DNA of 62,917 nt, filler included, from Octopus bimaculoides (Eukaryota): assembly GCF_001194135.2 (NCBI RefSeq). It is 3 parts of 3 records of this genome, joined end to end, with 100 filler letters (N's around TTAATTAATTAA, not from the genome) between each part and the next. Parts side by side here need not be neighbours in the genome. Positions count along the whole stretch, not along the records: positions 1 to 17,869 come from NC_068992.1; positions 17,970 to 46,027 come from NC_068983.1; 1 more part is not named here. One strand, given 5' to 3'. How positions within the stretch are numbered: the first letter of the stretch is position 1; each line of letters opens with the position of its first letter. The notes under the pieces were generated by a model. The model worked only from the letters and a program-made list of their open reading frames with translations, was not told the origin of the DNA and did not search any database. Shown here piece after piece: positions 13,255 to 26,503 of this stretch. The translations under genes and the position numbers were made by a program.

Positions 13255-13643
13255 GTGGAGGCGCAATGGCCCAGTGGTTAGGGCAGCGGACTCGCGGTCA
13301 TAGGATCTCGTTTTCGATTCCCAGACCGGGCGTTGTGAGTGTTTATTGAGCGAAAACACCTAAAGCTCCACGAGGCTCCGGCAGGGGATGGTGGTGAACC
13401 CTGCTGCACTCTTTCACCACAACTTTCTCTCACTCTCACTCTTACTTGCTGTTTCTGTTGTGCCTGTAATTCAAAGGGTCAGCCTTGTCCCACTGTGTCA
13501 CGCTGAATATCCCCGAGATCTACGTTAAGGGTACACGTGTCTGTGGAGTGCTCAGCCAGTTGCACGTTAATTTCACGAGCAGGCTGTTCCGTTGATCGGA
13601 TCAACTGGAACCCTCGACGTCGTAGGCGACGGAGTGCCAACAA
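13255..13643 (+). mobile_element. Full-length tRNA-derived SINE, family B, with 12-bp TSD
   Basis: A-box TGGCCCAGTGG, B-box-like TTTCGATTCC; TSD ATTCGTGGAGGT at 13243-13254 and 13644-13655. Confidence 0.92.
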
Positions 13644-14620
13644 ATTCGTGGAGGTTTTAATGCTTTTTTTATGGTGACACTTTTCCTTTGTATTAAATCG
13701 TTGTTTTAGACTGAGGAAATGTGAGAGCTATCGTTCAAACTCCAGCAGGGGCTACGTTGCACGTTGTCAAATCTCTCTTAAATTAAAACTGCTCTCCGAA
13801 TATCCAAGTCGTTTAGGCCGACCGTACAAGACTGCAAACCCTGAATGAAATGCAATTTCATTGTAGAGTTAACCTCCAGCTGTCCTCGGTACGCATTTTC
13901 AACTGAGCATCCAGAAGCAGCATGAAATAAAGTGCCATACTAAAAAATGCAATACACTGCCTGGTCCAAGAATCGAACTCACTGCCTAACGGTCGTATTT
14001 AAGCCAAACTATCTCACCACTAAGCCACCTGCCTTCGCAAATTAAAACATCCTGGCTTTAAAAAGAAATAGGGAAAATGTTGTTAGAGGTATACCAAAAG
14101 ACATGATGGTCGTAGCTGGAACGACTTTGAATCTATGTTTGTTCGATCAAGGCTAGCCTTGGGCTCAACACGTCGATCACATATTGATGTTGAGTGTAGC
14201 ATATATTAATCTCCAAGGAATCGTGCATAACCTGTCAGTGCCAAGAGATTTTACAACTAAAAAGAAATAAAAACCACCATTACAGTTGCTGCTACTGCTG
14301 CTGCTGCTGCTGCTGCTGTTGTTATTGCTTGTATTGTAATGAAGAGAAAAAAGGTCAGGCATTCAGTAAAACGTGTTTTTAATAATGAATGAACCATTTT
14401 CGGTGAAGATATAATGGGAAAATTGAATGGATATTTAACTGTAACCCACTAAGCAAACATATTAATTCAGTAGTTAGAACTAATGCTCCCTATATGTGAC
14501 AAAATTACTATAGCAAACATGTAAATATGAAAGCGCGCACACACACACACACACACCGTACTTATCCAATTGCCTTTCTGTCTATCCACCTATCTAGCTA
14601 GCTAGCTAGCTAAAAATATA

Positions 14621-15917
14621 TTCGAGGATCTGCTGAAAAGTTCATAAGCTGACTAAGGTACTCTCATGCAATGTGATCAAATGAAGTTACTTTTCAACAT
14701 AGTTCCCTCTGCGGTCCATTCACCTCTATTGGCGTTGCAATGCTTGGATCCCAATGGTGAAGTAGCTTTCACCTTGTTGGTCAAATAAGTCATCAACGGT
14801 AGATATGACGTCATCATCACTGCGATTTAGGTTCCCAGCCAAATGTTGTTTTTTTCTTTGTTATTTTTTTTTTCTTTTTCAGGTTGGTGAACAGATGATA
14901 GATGGAGCCAAATCAGGAGAATAGGGAGAGTGATCAACCAGTTCCAAACCACAGTCATGCACAGCAGCCATGGAAAGCAAGGACTTTTGTGCTGGAGTGT
15001 TGTCCATGTGAAACAAGACCCGTTTCTTCGGTTTTCCTGAGTGTTTGGTCTTGATAGCCTTTCGTAACTACCTCAGCGACTCGGCATAGTACTCACCGTT
15101 GATGCTTTGGCCTTTTTGAAGATAGTCAATAAACACAATGCCTTTTGCATCCCAAAAACCGAGGCTATCACCTTCCCTGCGGATAAAACGACTTTGGCAT
15201 TCTTTGGAGTAGGTGAGGAGGAGTGTTTCCACTGCACAGATGTTCTATTTAGCTCAATCTCAAAGTGATGAAGCCAACACGCATCCTGGGTTAGGAAACG
15301 TTCAAGAAGATCAGCTGGATCTGCCTAAAACAAAGTCAGATTTTCCCGTGATGTGATCAGCCTGGTGCGCTTTTGATGAGGTATAAGAAAACATAGCACC
15401 CACCGAGCAGAAACCTTCCTCATGCCAAGTTGATTGTGCAGAATATTCTCATCTCACGCGGGATAAGCTACTAGCATTGGCTATTTGATTTATAGTCAGT
15501 CGCGTGTCATCCGTCACCATGTGGTTAACACGAACATTGTTTTCCTCGGTGGTGACAGTTGCAGGATGCTCAGATATTGGGTCATCTTTAAGACTCTCCC
15601 TCCCCATCGGAAATTCAGCTGTTAATAAAACTGGAAGCGTCATCCCCTAATATAGTAACCATGTCCTTGAGGACTAATCCCTTTTTCTGCAGGTACTTGA
15701 TAACACCACGGTGCCAAATTTTATTTATTTCCAAGGGAATTCGCTACTAGTTATTTTTGAAGTCTTTTTTGAAAAGTCATATGTCAGTTTACCAGGGAAG
15801 AAACGATGCACTTATTAATAAGAAATCTTGAAATTAATGCATGAAAGATTTCACTGCTTGAGCATGAAAGATTTCACTCTTTCATAGTCAGCCTATGAAC
15901 TTTTCAGCCCACCTTCG
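14621..15917 (-). mobile_element. Near full-length degenerate mariner (~1.3 kb)
   Basis: TIRs CGAGG..CTGAAAAGTTCATA.GCTGACTA at both ends with flanking TA; GRESLKDDP...TVTTEENNVRV...RLTINQIAN HTH region; C-terminus GIQALQ...RGNYVEK*. Confidence 0.92.
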
Positions 15918-15935
15918 TATATATATATATATATG

Positions 15936-15973
<38 letters not shown>

Positions 15974-16137
15974 TGTGTGTGTGTGCGTATGTATATATAT
16001 GTGTGTGTGTGTGTGTGTGTACATGTATGTGTGTTATGTGCGTGTGTTGAGAGAGAGAGGGGGAAGGGGATACTTTGAGGGATACTTCACTGCTTTTTTC
16101 TTCACATGTTGCTACGATGTAACGGTTTCACTCATTT

Positions 16138-16176
<39 letters not shown>

Positions 16177-16555
16177 CCATTCTACTTCGATCGTTTGACA
16201 ACCAGTGTTTGACAACAGAAAGAAATCGATAGAGTAAGTGTCAGTCGGAAAAGTATGCACCGTGGTCGATATCTCCAACTAAACCCTTCAAGGCGGTGCT
16301 CCAGCATGGACGAAGTCCAATCACTGAAGCTACTAAAAGATAAAAATCTGAAAGAGAATTCTTCTTATTCAACCGAGGTTAATCACAGAGCACTATACCA
16401 AGAATCGCTGATCCTCGTTAGTTTTATGGGGTCCTCAATTCTATGTTGTTTCACTAAGAATATCATAAATGAAATTGATACGTAGAGATATAGAATGATT
16501 GAGAGGGAGTTGGACAATTGACAAATAATCATACTTATAGACAGACAGACGACAA

Positions 16556-16632
<77 letters not shown>

Positions 16633-17004
16633 CAGTTGAGAAAAAGAGTTATGTATTTTAGAGATTGACGAACAGATAGACATAGGCATAGAAATAGCTA
16701 GAGAAAGTGAGGAGAAGAGGGGTTCAATGAGAGATGAATAGAGACGAATAGAGAGAGACGATGACAGAGAAAGAGAGAGAAAGTGAGCGAGAGAGAAGGA
16801 GGTAGTAGAAAGTATGTACCAAATATAAAACAGCTAAATTCTATGTAGTGTCCATTAGATTTCAAGTTTTATTTTCTATATTTCAAAATCTGGACATAAT
16901 TTAGATTCTGGCGTGAGATAGAGGACATGTGGAAAACATGTTGGAAAGATAGTGGTAAGAGAGAGCGTGCGGATGAAGGTACAAAAGGCAAAGTGAGAGA
17001 GGAG

Positions 17005-17060
<56 letters not shown>

Positions 17061-17217
17061 AACCGCAACTAGTTAATAACATGTCACTATGACACATTGT
17101 GAAGATAGAGCCGTCTAAGTTACTAACAAGGTAACCTAAGAATAATTCGGGCAAATGTTAGGTGTTGTGATACACGCAGACACATACATACATTTAAGCA
17201 CATACATACATTTAAGC

Positions 17218-17291
<74 letters not shown>

Positions 17292-17760
17292 ACGCACGCG
17301 CACACATACACATTTATGCATGCCTATTTGTCTTCGTCAAAGATATATTATTTCCAATATACGTATATTTATGCACATACGTGCATGTATAGCTATACAT
17401 ACACATATACATATAATTGTGTCTGTGCACATACGTTGTGTGTATGTATGTTGTGCGTGCGTGTGCTTGTGGTCGGATTATTGTACATAGTTCAGAAACA
17501 GGAACATTCACTATACGAGACTAAGATAATGCTTTGTTTTGTTTTTTTATTATTCTTTTACTAGTTTCAGTCATTTGACTGCAGCCATGCACCGCCTTTA
17601 GTCGAACAAATCTACCCCAGGACTTATTCTTTGTAAACCTAGTACTTATTCTATTAGTCTATTGCCGAACCGCTAGTTTACGAGGGCATAAAGACACCAA
17701 CATCGGTTGTCAAGCGATGGTGGAGGGGACAAACACAGACACGCAAATACATACATATAT

Positions 17761-17869
<109 letters not shown>

Positions 17870-18522
17870 NNNNNNNNNNNNNNNNNNNNNNNNNNNNNNN
17901 NNNNNNNNNNNNNTTAATTAATTAANNNNNNNNNNNNNNNNNNNNNNNNNNNNNNNNNNNNNNNNNNNNGAGAGAGCGAGATAGAGAGAGAGAGAGTGTT
18001 GGAAGGAGGAGTGTACTTGTTTCAATGAAAGCCTACAGATTTGCAAAATGCCCCGAAGGTTCAATAAATTACACAGAGCTTTGAACTTTCTGGATTACAT
18101 ATTTTAATGTCGAGAAAAAGACATAAGAGTATTAATGAACGAAATTATTGTTTATCGTTAGTTATTAACTTAATATCTCCACCTCTATTCTACTCGTGGC
18201 TGTCTAAGTTTTTTAATTCATTCTACTCCTGTTGTTGAGATTTTTCGTCTTTTTAGTGTAGTATCATTTAGAGCAGTGACGTAATAAGCAGGGTAAACGA
18301 AAACTGCGTGTCTTATCATACACGTGCGGAGAGAACAACGAGCAGTGTTCGTTGCGAATATAATTATGCGTATATACCATGATATTTAGAGAAGTACGCC
18401 CAATAACTCTGAAACTTCAAACTGGTCGCCTGACCTTCTAGAAATAGCAGCGAAATCTCACTCAAATTACACATCTGCTGTTTGAAAAATAAATAAATAA
18501 CTAAAAGAATGATGTATTAGAT

Positions 18523-18780
18523 CAGAGGTTTTCAAACTGTGGTCCGCGGACCACAGGGAGTCCGCAAGGACAAGACAAGGGGTCCGTGGACAGCAAATAC
18601 TTTTTATGGGCAATTTGATTTTATATATGTTTTTTAATCGAAATCTTTTAATTGACAATAAACCTATTTGTTAAATACTGTTAAATAAATAAATGTAAGA
18701 ATATATGTTATTTTATGCAAATATTTATGTATAAATTTCATAAGCGTTTATAAGGGGGTCAAAAAGTTTGAAAACCCCTG
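18523..18780. mobile_element. hAT-type MITE with perfect 8-bp TSD
   Basis: TIRs CAGAGGTTTTCAAACT / AGTTTGAAAACCCCTG; TSD TATTAGAT at 18515-18522 and 18781-18788. Confidence 0.92.
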
Positions 18781-19049
18781 TATTAGATAATAGTCATTTG
18801 TAGTTAATGTCTGTATAAAAGACAGAATGATCATACTTGGAACGCCCTTAACGTATAGCTGATATGAGGTTGAACAGTCTAACTGTGTATTTGAATGAGA
18901 TGCGCGTAAATCGATAGTGTAAATAAAATCATTGTGAAGTTACTTAATCGATCATAGCTCAGTCAACTCAGTTTACAACCCAATACTATTGACTGCAAAA
19001 GTACTTAACTCTGTAGAGAAATGCTTTCCAAATGGCGCACTGCGAGCTG

Positions 19050-19230
19050 TAATGAAGGATACTGCGTGTTGTAGCTAAGGTTACTACGAAATACTACTAG
19101 AGATACTGCAAGATGCAGCTAGGGATGCATCTTGAGTTGTAGTTGGGTATATCGTGTGATGTTGCTAGGGATGCCGCGGGATGTTGCTAAGGATACCACG
19201 TGTTGCATTTAAGTATGCTGCGAAAATAAT
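19050..19230. repeat. Degenerate ~22-bp minisatellite
   Basis: About 7 units of the form GGATAC..CG.GATGTTGCTA. Confidence 0.55.
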
Positions 19231-19239
19231 GGATTCTAA

Positions 19240-19677
19240 TTTAGGTACAAGGCTAGCAATTGTGAGGGAGAGATGATTAATTAATGCCATCGACCCCAGT
19301 TCTTGAATGGTACTTTATTTTACTACTCCTAGAAGAATGAAAGGTAAGGTTGACTTCGGCCGGATTTGAACTCAAAATGTAAAGAGCCATAGCAAATGCA
19401 AAGCATTTTTTCCGATGCTTTAACGATTTTGTCGACTCGCCGTCATATACTGCAAAAATAATCCTTTCTACTATAGATACAAGGCCTAAAATTTTGAAGG
19501 AGGGGGCTAGCCGAATACATCGACCCCTGTGCTCAATTGGTACTTTATCGACCCCACCAAAAAGGATGAAAGGTAAAGACAGCTGTAACGGAATTTGCAT
19601 TCAGAATGTAAAGGCGGAATAAATGCTTCTGAGCGTCTTGTCCGGCTTGCTAACGATTCTGCTAGCTCGCCGCCTTA
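19240..19677 (-). mobile_element. Two adjacent family A SINE copies
   Basis: Two TCGACCCC..GAAAGG..AAG..GAC..CGG..TTTGAACTCA blocks, each ending in GCTCGCCG. Confidence 0.75.
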
Positions 19678-21355
19678 TGCTGTAAAAATAATAAAAGTAT
19701 ATTTTTAAAAGATGTGAAAATCTACAGATTGAAATTGTAAATGTAACGTCTCTACTGGTGCCATTTTAAGATAGATGCTATACGTTGTGCATAACCAAAC
19801 CCCAAGAGACTCATTGATTATTTGGATGCAGAGCAATGTCTTCATATTTCGAGGAAGTGGAGTCCTATTTTACCTGAAACCATAACTAACTAAAGGTGGC
19901 TCTAGTCTTGTTAATTCTCATTCAATGGTAGACATAATCTTGTTTAGTAGATTTAACCAGTCGCCCGGTTTAACCGTCTCAGACCTGGGTCCCTGGGTCT
20001 AGCTTTGCCTTCCACCTGGGCTCCCGAGCAAACAAAATAAATAGTTGCATATACATCTCAAGAGTAGCGATTACAGGTAAACTAATGGACATAATCGGCT
20101 GCATCTTCTTTTTCTATTCTATGTGTGTTGTTCATTACCGCTTTATCGGGAATCCGGCAGGGATGATGTTAAACCTATTCCCACTATAGCAGGAATACGG
20201 CGTGACAGGGTTAACACCCACCTGACATCTTGAGTACCTTTAGTGGAGTATATGTCGTAAGCATTCAGATTGTGTCTCCAGTTTAAAGTTTGCTACCCTC
20301 TCCTCTCCCTCTCCTCCTCCCCTCTCTCTCTTTCTCCCACTCTCTCTCTTTCTCCCACTTTCTCTCCCACTCTCACAAGTCTCGAAGGCCCTTTAAAGGG
20401 TCATGGGAGATGAATTCTTTCCTGGCTGGAAAAAGTAAACACAAAACTGTTGAATAATGAAGTAGTCGATAATTTTCGTTAGTTTAAAATATTTATTGGC
20501 CAAAAATATATATTTTACTTTTATTTATCTATTTTTCTTGGGTCCTATGGCTCACAAACCCGGTTATCTGGTTACATATATGTTCGACGGGCTTCTTTCA
20601 ATTTCCGTCTACCAAATTCATTAACAAAGCATAGGTCTGTCCAAGGCTATAGTAGAAGACACTTATCTAAGATGTCATAGAGTGGGACTGTAACCTTCTT
20701 CCTGAACGGGACGCCGATCTGTGACATGATTCAAGACCAGCAACTTTTGATGAGAGGGAGACATGTCGATGACATTGACGCCACAACTTGAGTGGTATTA
20801 TGTTTTATCTACCCCCGTAAGGATTATAGGTAAAAATTGACCTCGCCGAGATTTGAACTCAAAATTTAAAGAACTGGAAGAAATGCTGCTAAGCATTTTG
20901 TCCGACGTGCATTTTGTCCTATTCTACCAGCTCACCGCCTTGGCTTTCTTTTATTTATTTAAAAAATTTAATGCACAAATTATCCCCAAATATATATTTT
21001 AAAATTTAAGTGCACGTAATAAAAAAGGAAACACTAATATAGCACACCCCAGCGTAAATAAGTTACACATGTAGTCTAGGTCTCCAAAGGAGAAAATCTA
21101 TGTATAATTGGTGAGACCCTCCACAAATCCCAAATTTTATTTTGGTTCGCGGGAGCTACTGCCTTCAGAGTTTTATATTGTCGTTCAATGCTCTAAATAA
21201 GGAACAGAAGGACAGCCGACAACTGATGAAGGGTCGTTTTTTATGTTACTTGTCTTGTTTTCCATTTGTTTCTCTCGTTGTTTGCGTGGCCAACTTTATT
21301 TTCATATTTCGTGTTGTTTACGTTTTGCGACGTCCTGTACCCATATATGCATATC

Positions 21356-21393
<38 letters not shown>

Positions 21394-21619
21394 AATATGT
21401 ATGTACGTATATATGCATACATACATATATATATATANNNNNNNNNNNNNNNNNNNNNNNNNNNNNNNNNNNNNNNNNNNNNNNNNNNNNNNNNNNNNNN
21501 NNNNNNNNNNNNNNNNNNNNNNNNNNNNNNNNNNNNNNNNNNNNNNNNNNNNNNNNNNNNNNNNNNNNNNNNNNNNNNNNNNNNNNNNNNNNNNNNNNNN
21601 NNNNNNNNNNNNNNNNNTC

Positions 21620-21665
<46 letters not shown>

Positions 21666-23782
21666 TGCTGGTTCATTGTCAAAGAAAAAAAGGAAACTAT
21701 AAATAATTCATGCAGTGACCCACATTCTCTCTTTGTTACTTATATGTGTATTAACAAAGGAAAGGGCGATGGATTGGAAGAATAATTACACCGTCAGTTG
21801 TTAGTTACGGTCCTTGACGTTCTCAGTTCAAATCCGCCAAGGTCAGCTTTGCTTTCATCCTTTTAGGGTCGATAAAATAAAGTACCAGTTCATTTCTCAA
21901 CTAGATTTACTCGACCATTCTTTTTACCAAAGGGGTCGTCTTGAAGTTTTGTACCAATCTTATAACGCTATACATATAGGTTCGAGGACAAGGCTTAAAA
22001 GAGAATCGGTAGAGCTCCAAAATTGATGCTTCGTGTTATTTAGGCATGTTCACTTACGTTCTGAGTTCAAATCCTGCTGTGGTCAATTTGCTCTATGACC
22101 ATTCAGTCATCGATAAATTTATGTAACAGCCAAGCTGTTGTTATTTAACCCCAGGTAAACATTGAATAACACTCCAGTTTTGATCATTCCATCTTTTTAT
22201 ACTTTTTAAGGGCAGGTATGTCTCCATTATCCAACACATTCTTTCCAAAACCAGATGTTATTAAGTTCGCTATGGAGTATTGGTCGGTATTTTTTTATCT
22301 TTTACTTTTTCAGTCATTAAACTGCGGCCATGCTGGGGCACCGCCTTGAAGAAACCTTACTCGAATGAATCGACCCCCACGAAAATAGTAAAATTTTATT
22401 TTAAAATAATGTGGAAAAAAGTGAAAATTTAAGTTTTAAATAAAATGTTTTGATAAGTGCCATTTTAAGACAGGCGTCACAAGTGATGTGTCACCGATAC
22501 CTAGGAGGACCATAAATAAAGGCGCAATTTCGTTATATTTCGTTGAGGATACAAACCCATTTCTTCGATACAGTACTCTTTGGCCGATGAATACCTAAAC
22601 ATGACTTTGGTCTTGCTAATTATGTTTCAATCTATTGTAGTGGCATTTCGTCCATCCTTACGTTCTGACTTCAAATTCCGTCGAGGTTGACTTTGCTTTT
22701 CATTCTTTCGTGGTCGATAAAATAAGTACCAGTTGAGCACTTGGGTTGATCTAATCGACTGATCCCCCTCCTTGAAATTGCGGGCCTTGTGTCAAAATTC
22801 TGAAACCTGTTTATTGAATAAAGAATTACTTAATAATTACTTGAATGCTAAATAATGACTTTATTGGCTTAAATATATAAATATCTTTCTTTTATACTAT
22901 TTCCCCATCTTAGGGCCGTTTTGGTAGACAGAGAGTAAAAGAAGCCCATCGTATTTATATATATATATATATATATATGTCTGTATCTTTTTAACAACCG
23001 GTGTTGGTTTGTTTATGTTTCCGTAACTTAGCGGTTAGGTTAAAACGATCGATAGCACAAGTACAAGACTTTAAAAAGTAAGTACCGGAATCGATTTGTT
23101 CGACTAAAACCCTTTAAGGTGATGTCCCAGCATGGCCGCAGCCCATTGACTGAAACAAGTGAAAGATAAAAGGTAAAAAAGTAATAAAAAAAAAATTAAG
23201 TACACGAAAATATTTTCAATTTAGCACACAAAGAAAAACAAACAATTTGGATAATATTGCTCTCTAACATAGCACACCTTAGTGAAAATATGTAGCACAC
23301 GCAAGTGTAGGTCAGCGAAATTCACAGGGGAAAAAAACTATATATATATATATATATAATTGGTGGGTATATGTCAGTTTCCTTTTGTGCTGTCACTAGC
23401 TCAGTTATTTCGTTTTGTTGTGACACGCTAAAAATATGATATACTGTGAAAAAAATATTTTAAAATCCTGTTGTTTATTGTCAAATGGGACTATAAATAA
23501 TGCAGTGACCCGTATTATTTCCTTGTCACTTCTATGTGTATAAATACAGTAAGAATGTTGGGTTGGCAGAATAATAAAACGTAGGAAAACTTGCCTTGTT
23601 GTATTTACTTATAGTCCTTGACGTTCTTAGTTCAAAACCGCCAAGGTCAACATTGCTTTCATCATTTCAGGGTGGATAAAATAAAAGTAGCAGTTAATTC
23701 CTGGAGGGGATTTCTTCTATTACGCATTCCATAAAAAGTGTGGTCGTATGCCAGTCTTAGAAATCAATGTGTGTAGGTTCGA

Positions 23783-23992
23783 AGGCGGTGAGCTGGCGCA
23801 ATCGTTAGCACGCCGGCAAAAATGCTTAACGGCATTTTGTCCATCTTTACGTTGAGTTCAAATTCCGCCGAGGTCGACTTTGCCTTTTATGCTTTCGGAA
23901 TCGATAAAATAAGTACCAGATGAGTACTGGGGCGATGTAATCGACTTATCCCCTCCCTCGAAATTGGTAGTCTTGTGCCAAAATTTGAAACC
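23783..23992 (+). mobile_element. Family A SINE with 17-bp TSD
   Basis: Starts AGGCGGTGAGCTGGC; TSD AATGTGTGTAGGTTCGA (23766-23782) versus AATGTATATAGGTTCGA (23993-24009). Confidence 0.85.
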
Positions 23993-24228
23993 AATGTATA
24001 TAGGTTCGAGGGTGAGGCCAATAACAGGGTCGATAGGACATTGAAATTCACATCTTGTAGTATCTTAGTTATATTCTGTTGCGTTCTGCGTTCAAATCTT
24101 GTCTAGAACAACTTCACGTCTCTTTCAAAGATCGATAAAATAAAGCACCAACTTGTTGCTGTTTTAACTCCAAGTCAACATTGATCGCAAAAACTTTCCA
24201 GTTTTGATCAGCTCGCCTTTTAATATAC

Positions 24229-24506
24229 ATGGCTGTGTGGCTAAGAGGCTTGCTTTGCAGCTACGTGGTTCGAGTTCAGTTCCACTGCGCAGCTACTTGG
24301 GCAAGTCTTTTCTGGTATAGCCCCGGACTGACTAATGAGTGAAGTTGGTTGACGGAAACGGTGTAGAAGCCAGTCGTATACATACATACATACATACACA
24401 CACACATCCATCCAGCCAGCCAGCCAGCCAGCCAGCCAACCAGCCAGCCAGCCATCCATCCATCCATCCATACATACATATACACACACATACATATATG
24501 TATATA

Positions 24507-24543
<37 letters not shown>

Positions 24544-24750
24544 TTATACATATATGTATGCTGTTTGTTCTTTTCCTCTGCCATCGCTTGACAATCGATA
24601 TTGGTTCGTTTACGTCCCTGTAACTTAACGGTTCGACGAAAGAGACCAATCCGATAAGTGCCAGACTTAAAGAAGTACATAAGTCGATTTGTTTTGACTT
24701 AATCCATCAAGGCGGTACCTCAACATCAATGGCTGAAACAAGTAAGAGAG
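24229..24750 (+). mobile_element. tRNA-derived SINE, family C (internal microsatellite)
   Basis: GGCTGTGTGG head, GGTTCGAGTTCAGTTCCACTGCG, internal (CCAG)n/(TG)n tract, tail ending GGCTGAAACAAGTAAGAG. Confidence 0.75.
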
Positions 24751-24820
24751 CTGGAGAGTGCGGTTTTACTGCCGAACTACATGGTTTAACGTTTCATCTC
24801 ACTACGCGGGTTTTCGATTA

Positions 24821-24857
24821 ATGTTTTCCATTATAACTATTTATGAGTGGAAGGTTG
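24821..24857 (+). CDS. Candidate first coding exon (MFSIITIYEWKV-G) of the membrane-protein gene
   Basis: ATG at 24821 and G|GTAAGA phase-1 donor, in frame with the 25053 exon. The donor abuts SINE-like sequence, so support is weak. Confidence 0.25.
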
Positions 24858-25052
24858 GTAAGAAGCCCATCGTATGTGCTCGGTGTCTGTGTTTGTGTGT
24901 TTTTGTGTGTTTGTGTGTTTTTGTGTGTGTGTACATGTGCATGTGTGTGAGTGAACCTGCTTGACAGAGCTGAACAGCCAAACACACACACGCACACACT
25001 CTCACTGACGTTATATACTATTACCGAAACATTGCCACATTACTTAATGTAG

Positions 25053-25150
25053 GGGTGTTAATCTCGTTTGGCTTAGCTGGCCGGATTGCAGCATATGCCA
25101 GATCTTGCGAATGCGATAGGCACAATTATCCTAAATACTGTACTCACAAT
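25053..25150 (+). CDS. Candidate exon: signal-peptide end plus Cys-rich start (GVLISFGLAGRIAAYARSCECDRHNYPKYCTHN)
   Basis: tgtag acceptor, AAT|GTAAGT donor, open frame (phase 1 to 0), unique non-repeat sequence with CxC...C. Confidence 0.55.
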
Positions 25151-25185
25151 GTAAGTCAAAGTAAATGGATAATTGGAGCAATATG

Positions 25186-25375
25186 AAGGCAGCGAGCAAG
25201 CAGAATCGTTAGCACGCCGCACAAAATGCTTAACGGCATGTCGTCCGTCTTTACGTTCTGAATTCAAATTCCGCCAGGGTTGACTTTGCCTTTCATCCTT
25301 TCGGGGGCGATCAAATAAGTACAATTTCAGCACTGGAGTCGATGTAAATTGCTGGCCTTGTGCCAAAATGAGAAA
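25186..25375 (+). mobile_element. Family A SINE
   Basis: AAGGCAGCGAGC..GCAGAATCGTTAGCACG head and GACTTTGCCTTTCATCCTTTCGGGG core. Confidence 0.8.
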
Positions 25376-25384
25376 ACCAGCATT

Positions 25385-25595
25385 CTCTTTTACTCTTTTA
25401 CTTGTTTCAGTCATTTGACTACGGCCATGCTGTCGCACTACCTTTAGTCGAGCAAGTCGACACCAGGACTTATTCTTTGTAAGCCTAGTACTTATTCTAT
25501 CGGTCTCTTTTTGCCGAACCGCTAAGTTACGGGGACGTAAACACACCAGCATCGGTTGTCAAGTGATGGTGGTGGGGACAAACACAGACACACAA

Positions 25596-25642
<47 letters not shown>

Positions 25643-25841
25643 NNNNNNNNNNNNNNNNNNNNNNNNNNNNNNNNNNNNNNNNNNNNNNNNNNNNNNNNNN
25701 NNNNNNNNNNNNNNNNNNNNNNNNNNNNNNNNNNNNNNNNNNNNNNNNNNNNNNNNNNNNNNNNNNNNNNNNNNNNNNNNNNNNNNNNNNNNNNNNNNNN
25801 NNNNNNNNNNNNNNNNNNNNNNNNNNNNNAAACACACATAC

Positions 25842-25886
<45 letters not shown>

Positions 25887-26043
25887 TACGACGGGCTTCT
25901 TTCAGTTTCCATATACCAAATCCACTCACAAGGCTTTGGTCAGCCCGAGGCTATAGTAGAAGACACTTGCCCAAGGTGCCACGCAATTGGACTGAACCCG
26001 GAACCATGTGGTTGGTAAGCAAGCTACTTACCACACAGCCACT
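25385..26043 (-). mobile_element. Full-length family C SINE with internal (TA)n tract and gap
   Basis: Complete head (rc of CTTACCACACAGCCAC) through tail (rc of CTTTTACTTGTTTCAGTCATTTGACT). Confidence 0.85.
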
Positions 26044-26472
26044 CATCGTTAAGTCGGTCTCACGGCTCAGCTAGATACTCCAGCAGCACACAATTTGAGA
26101 ACCATTAGTTTGGGAGTGATGTAGCTGCTATTTCTAGGAAGTCGAGTGACCATATAAAAGCACACTCGAACTACCGGTTTATAATATTGGGATAGATTTA
26201 ATCGACTAATAACTATTCTTTAAATTTATTTGTACTACTGTTACAAATCCTTATCATTGTTATCAAACATCATTTCGTTCATTTTTTTTTTGTATATACG
26301 CTAATGATTTCGTCTATTGATTACACTTAATTGATTTTTCAGTTTTTAACCCTGTTACTCGCCTCACATCCAATTAGTCACGCTTGGATAAATAATGTAA
26401 AACCTTTGTTAGTATTGATACATGACCTATATAACCGATATATGACCTACATAACCAATATATGATCGAACG

Positions 26473-26503
<31 letters not shown>

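Noticed and set aside
13255-13330. tRNA-like sequence (also 32005-32076 and other SINE heads)
   Set aside because: A/B boxes are present, but each continues into a SINE body with a TSD; not tRNA genes.
14285-14360. Frame reading VAATAAAAAAAVVIACIVMKRKK (TM-like)
   Set aside because: Generated by a (GCT)n triplet repeat; no convincing exon boundaries.
17914-17925. TTAATTAATTAA island inside Ns (identical at 46072-46083)
   Set aside because: Each is flanked by exactly 44 Ns per side (100 bp in total) and gives stops in all six frames: an assembly gap marker, not biology.
19050-19230. Repeat array as a possible CRISPR-like structure
   Set aside because: Contiguous degenerate ~22-bp units with no unique spacers, in eukaryotic DNA with no cas genes: a minisatellite.
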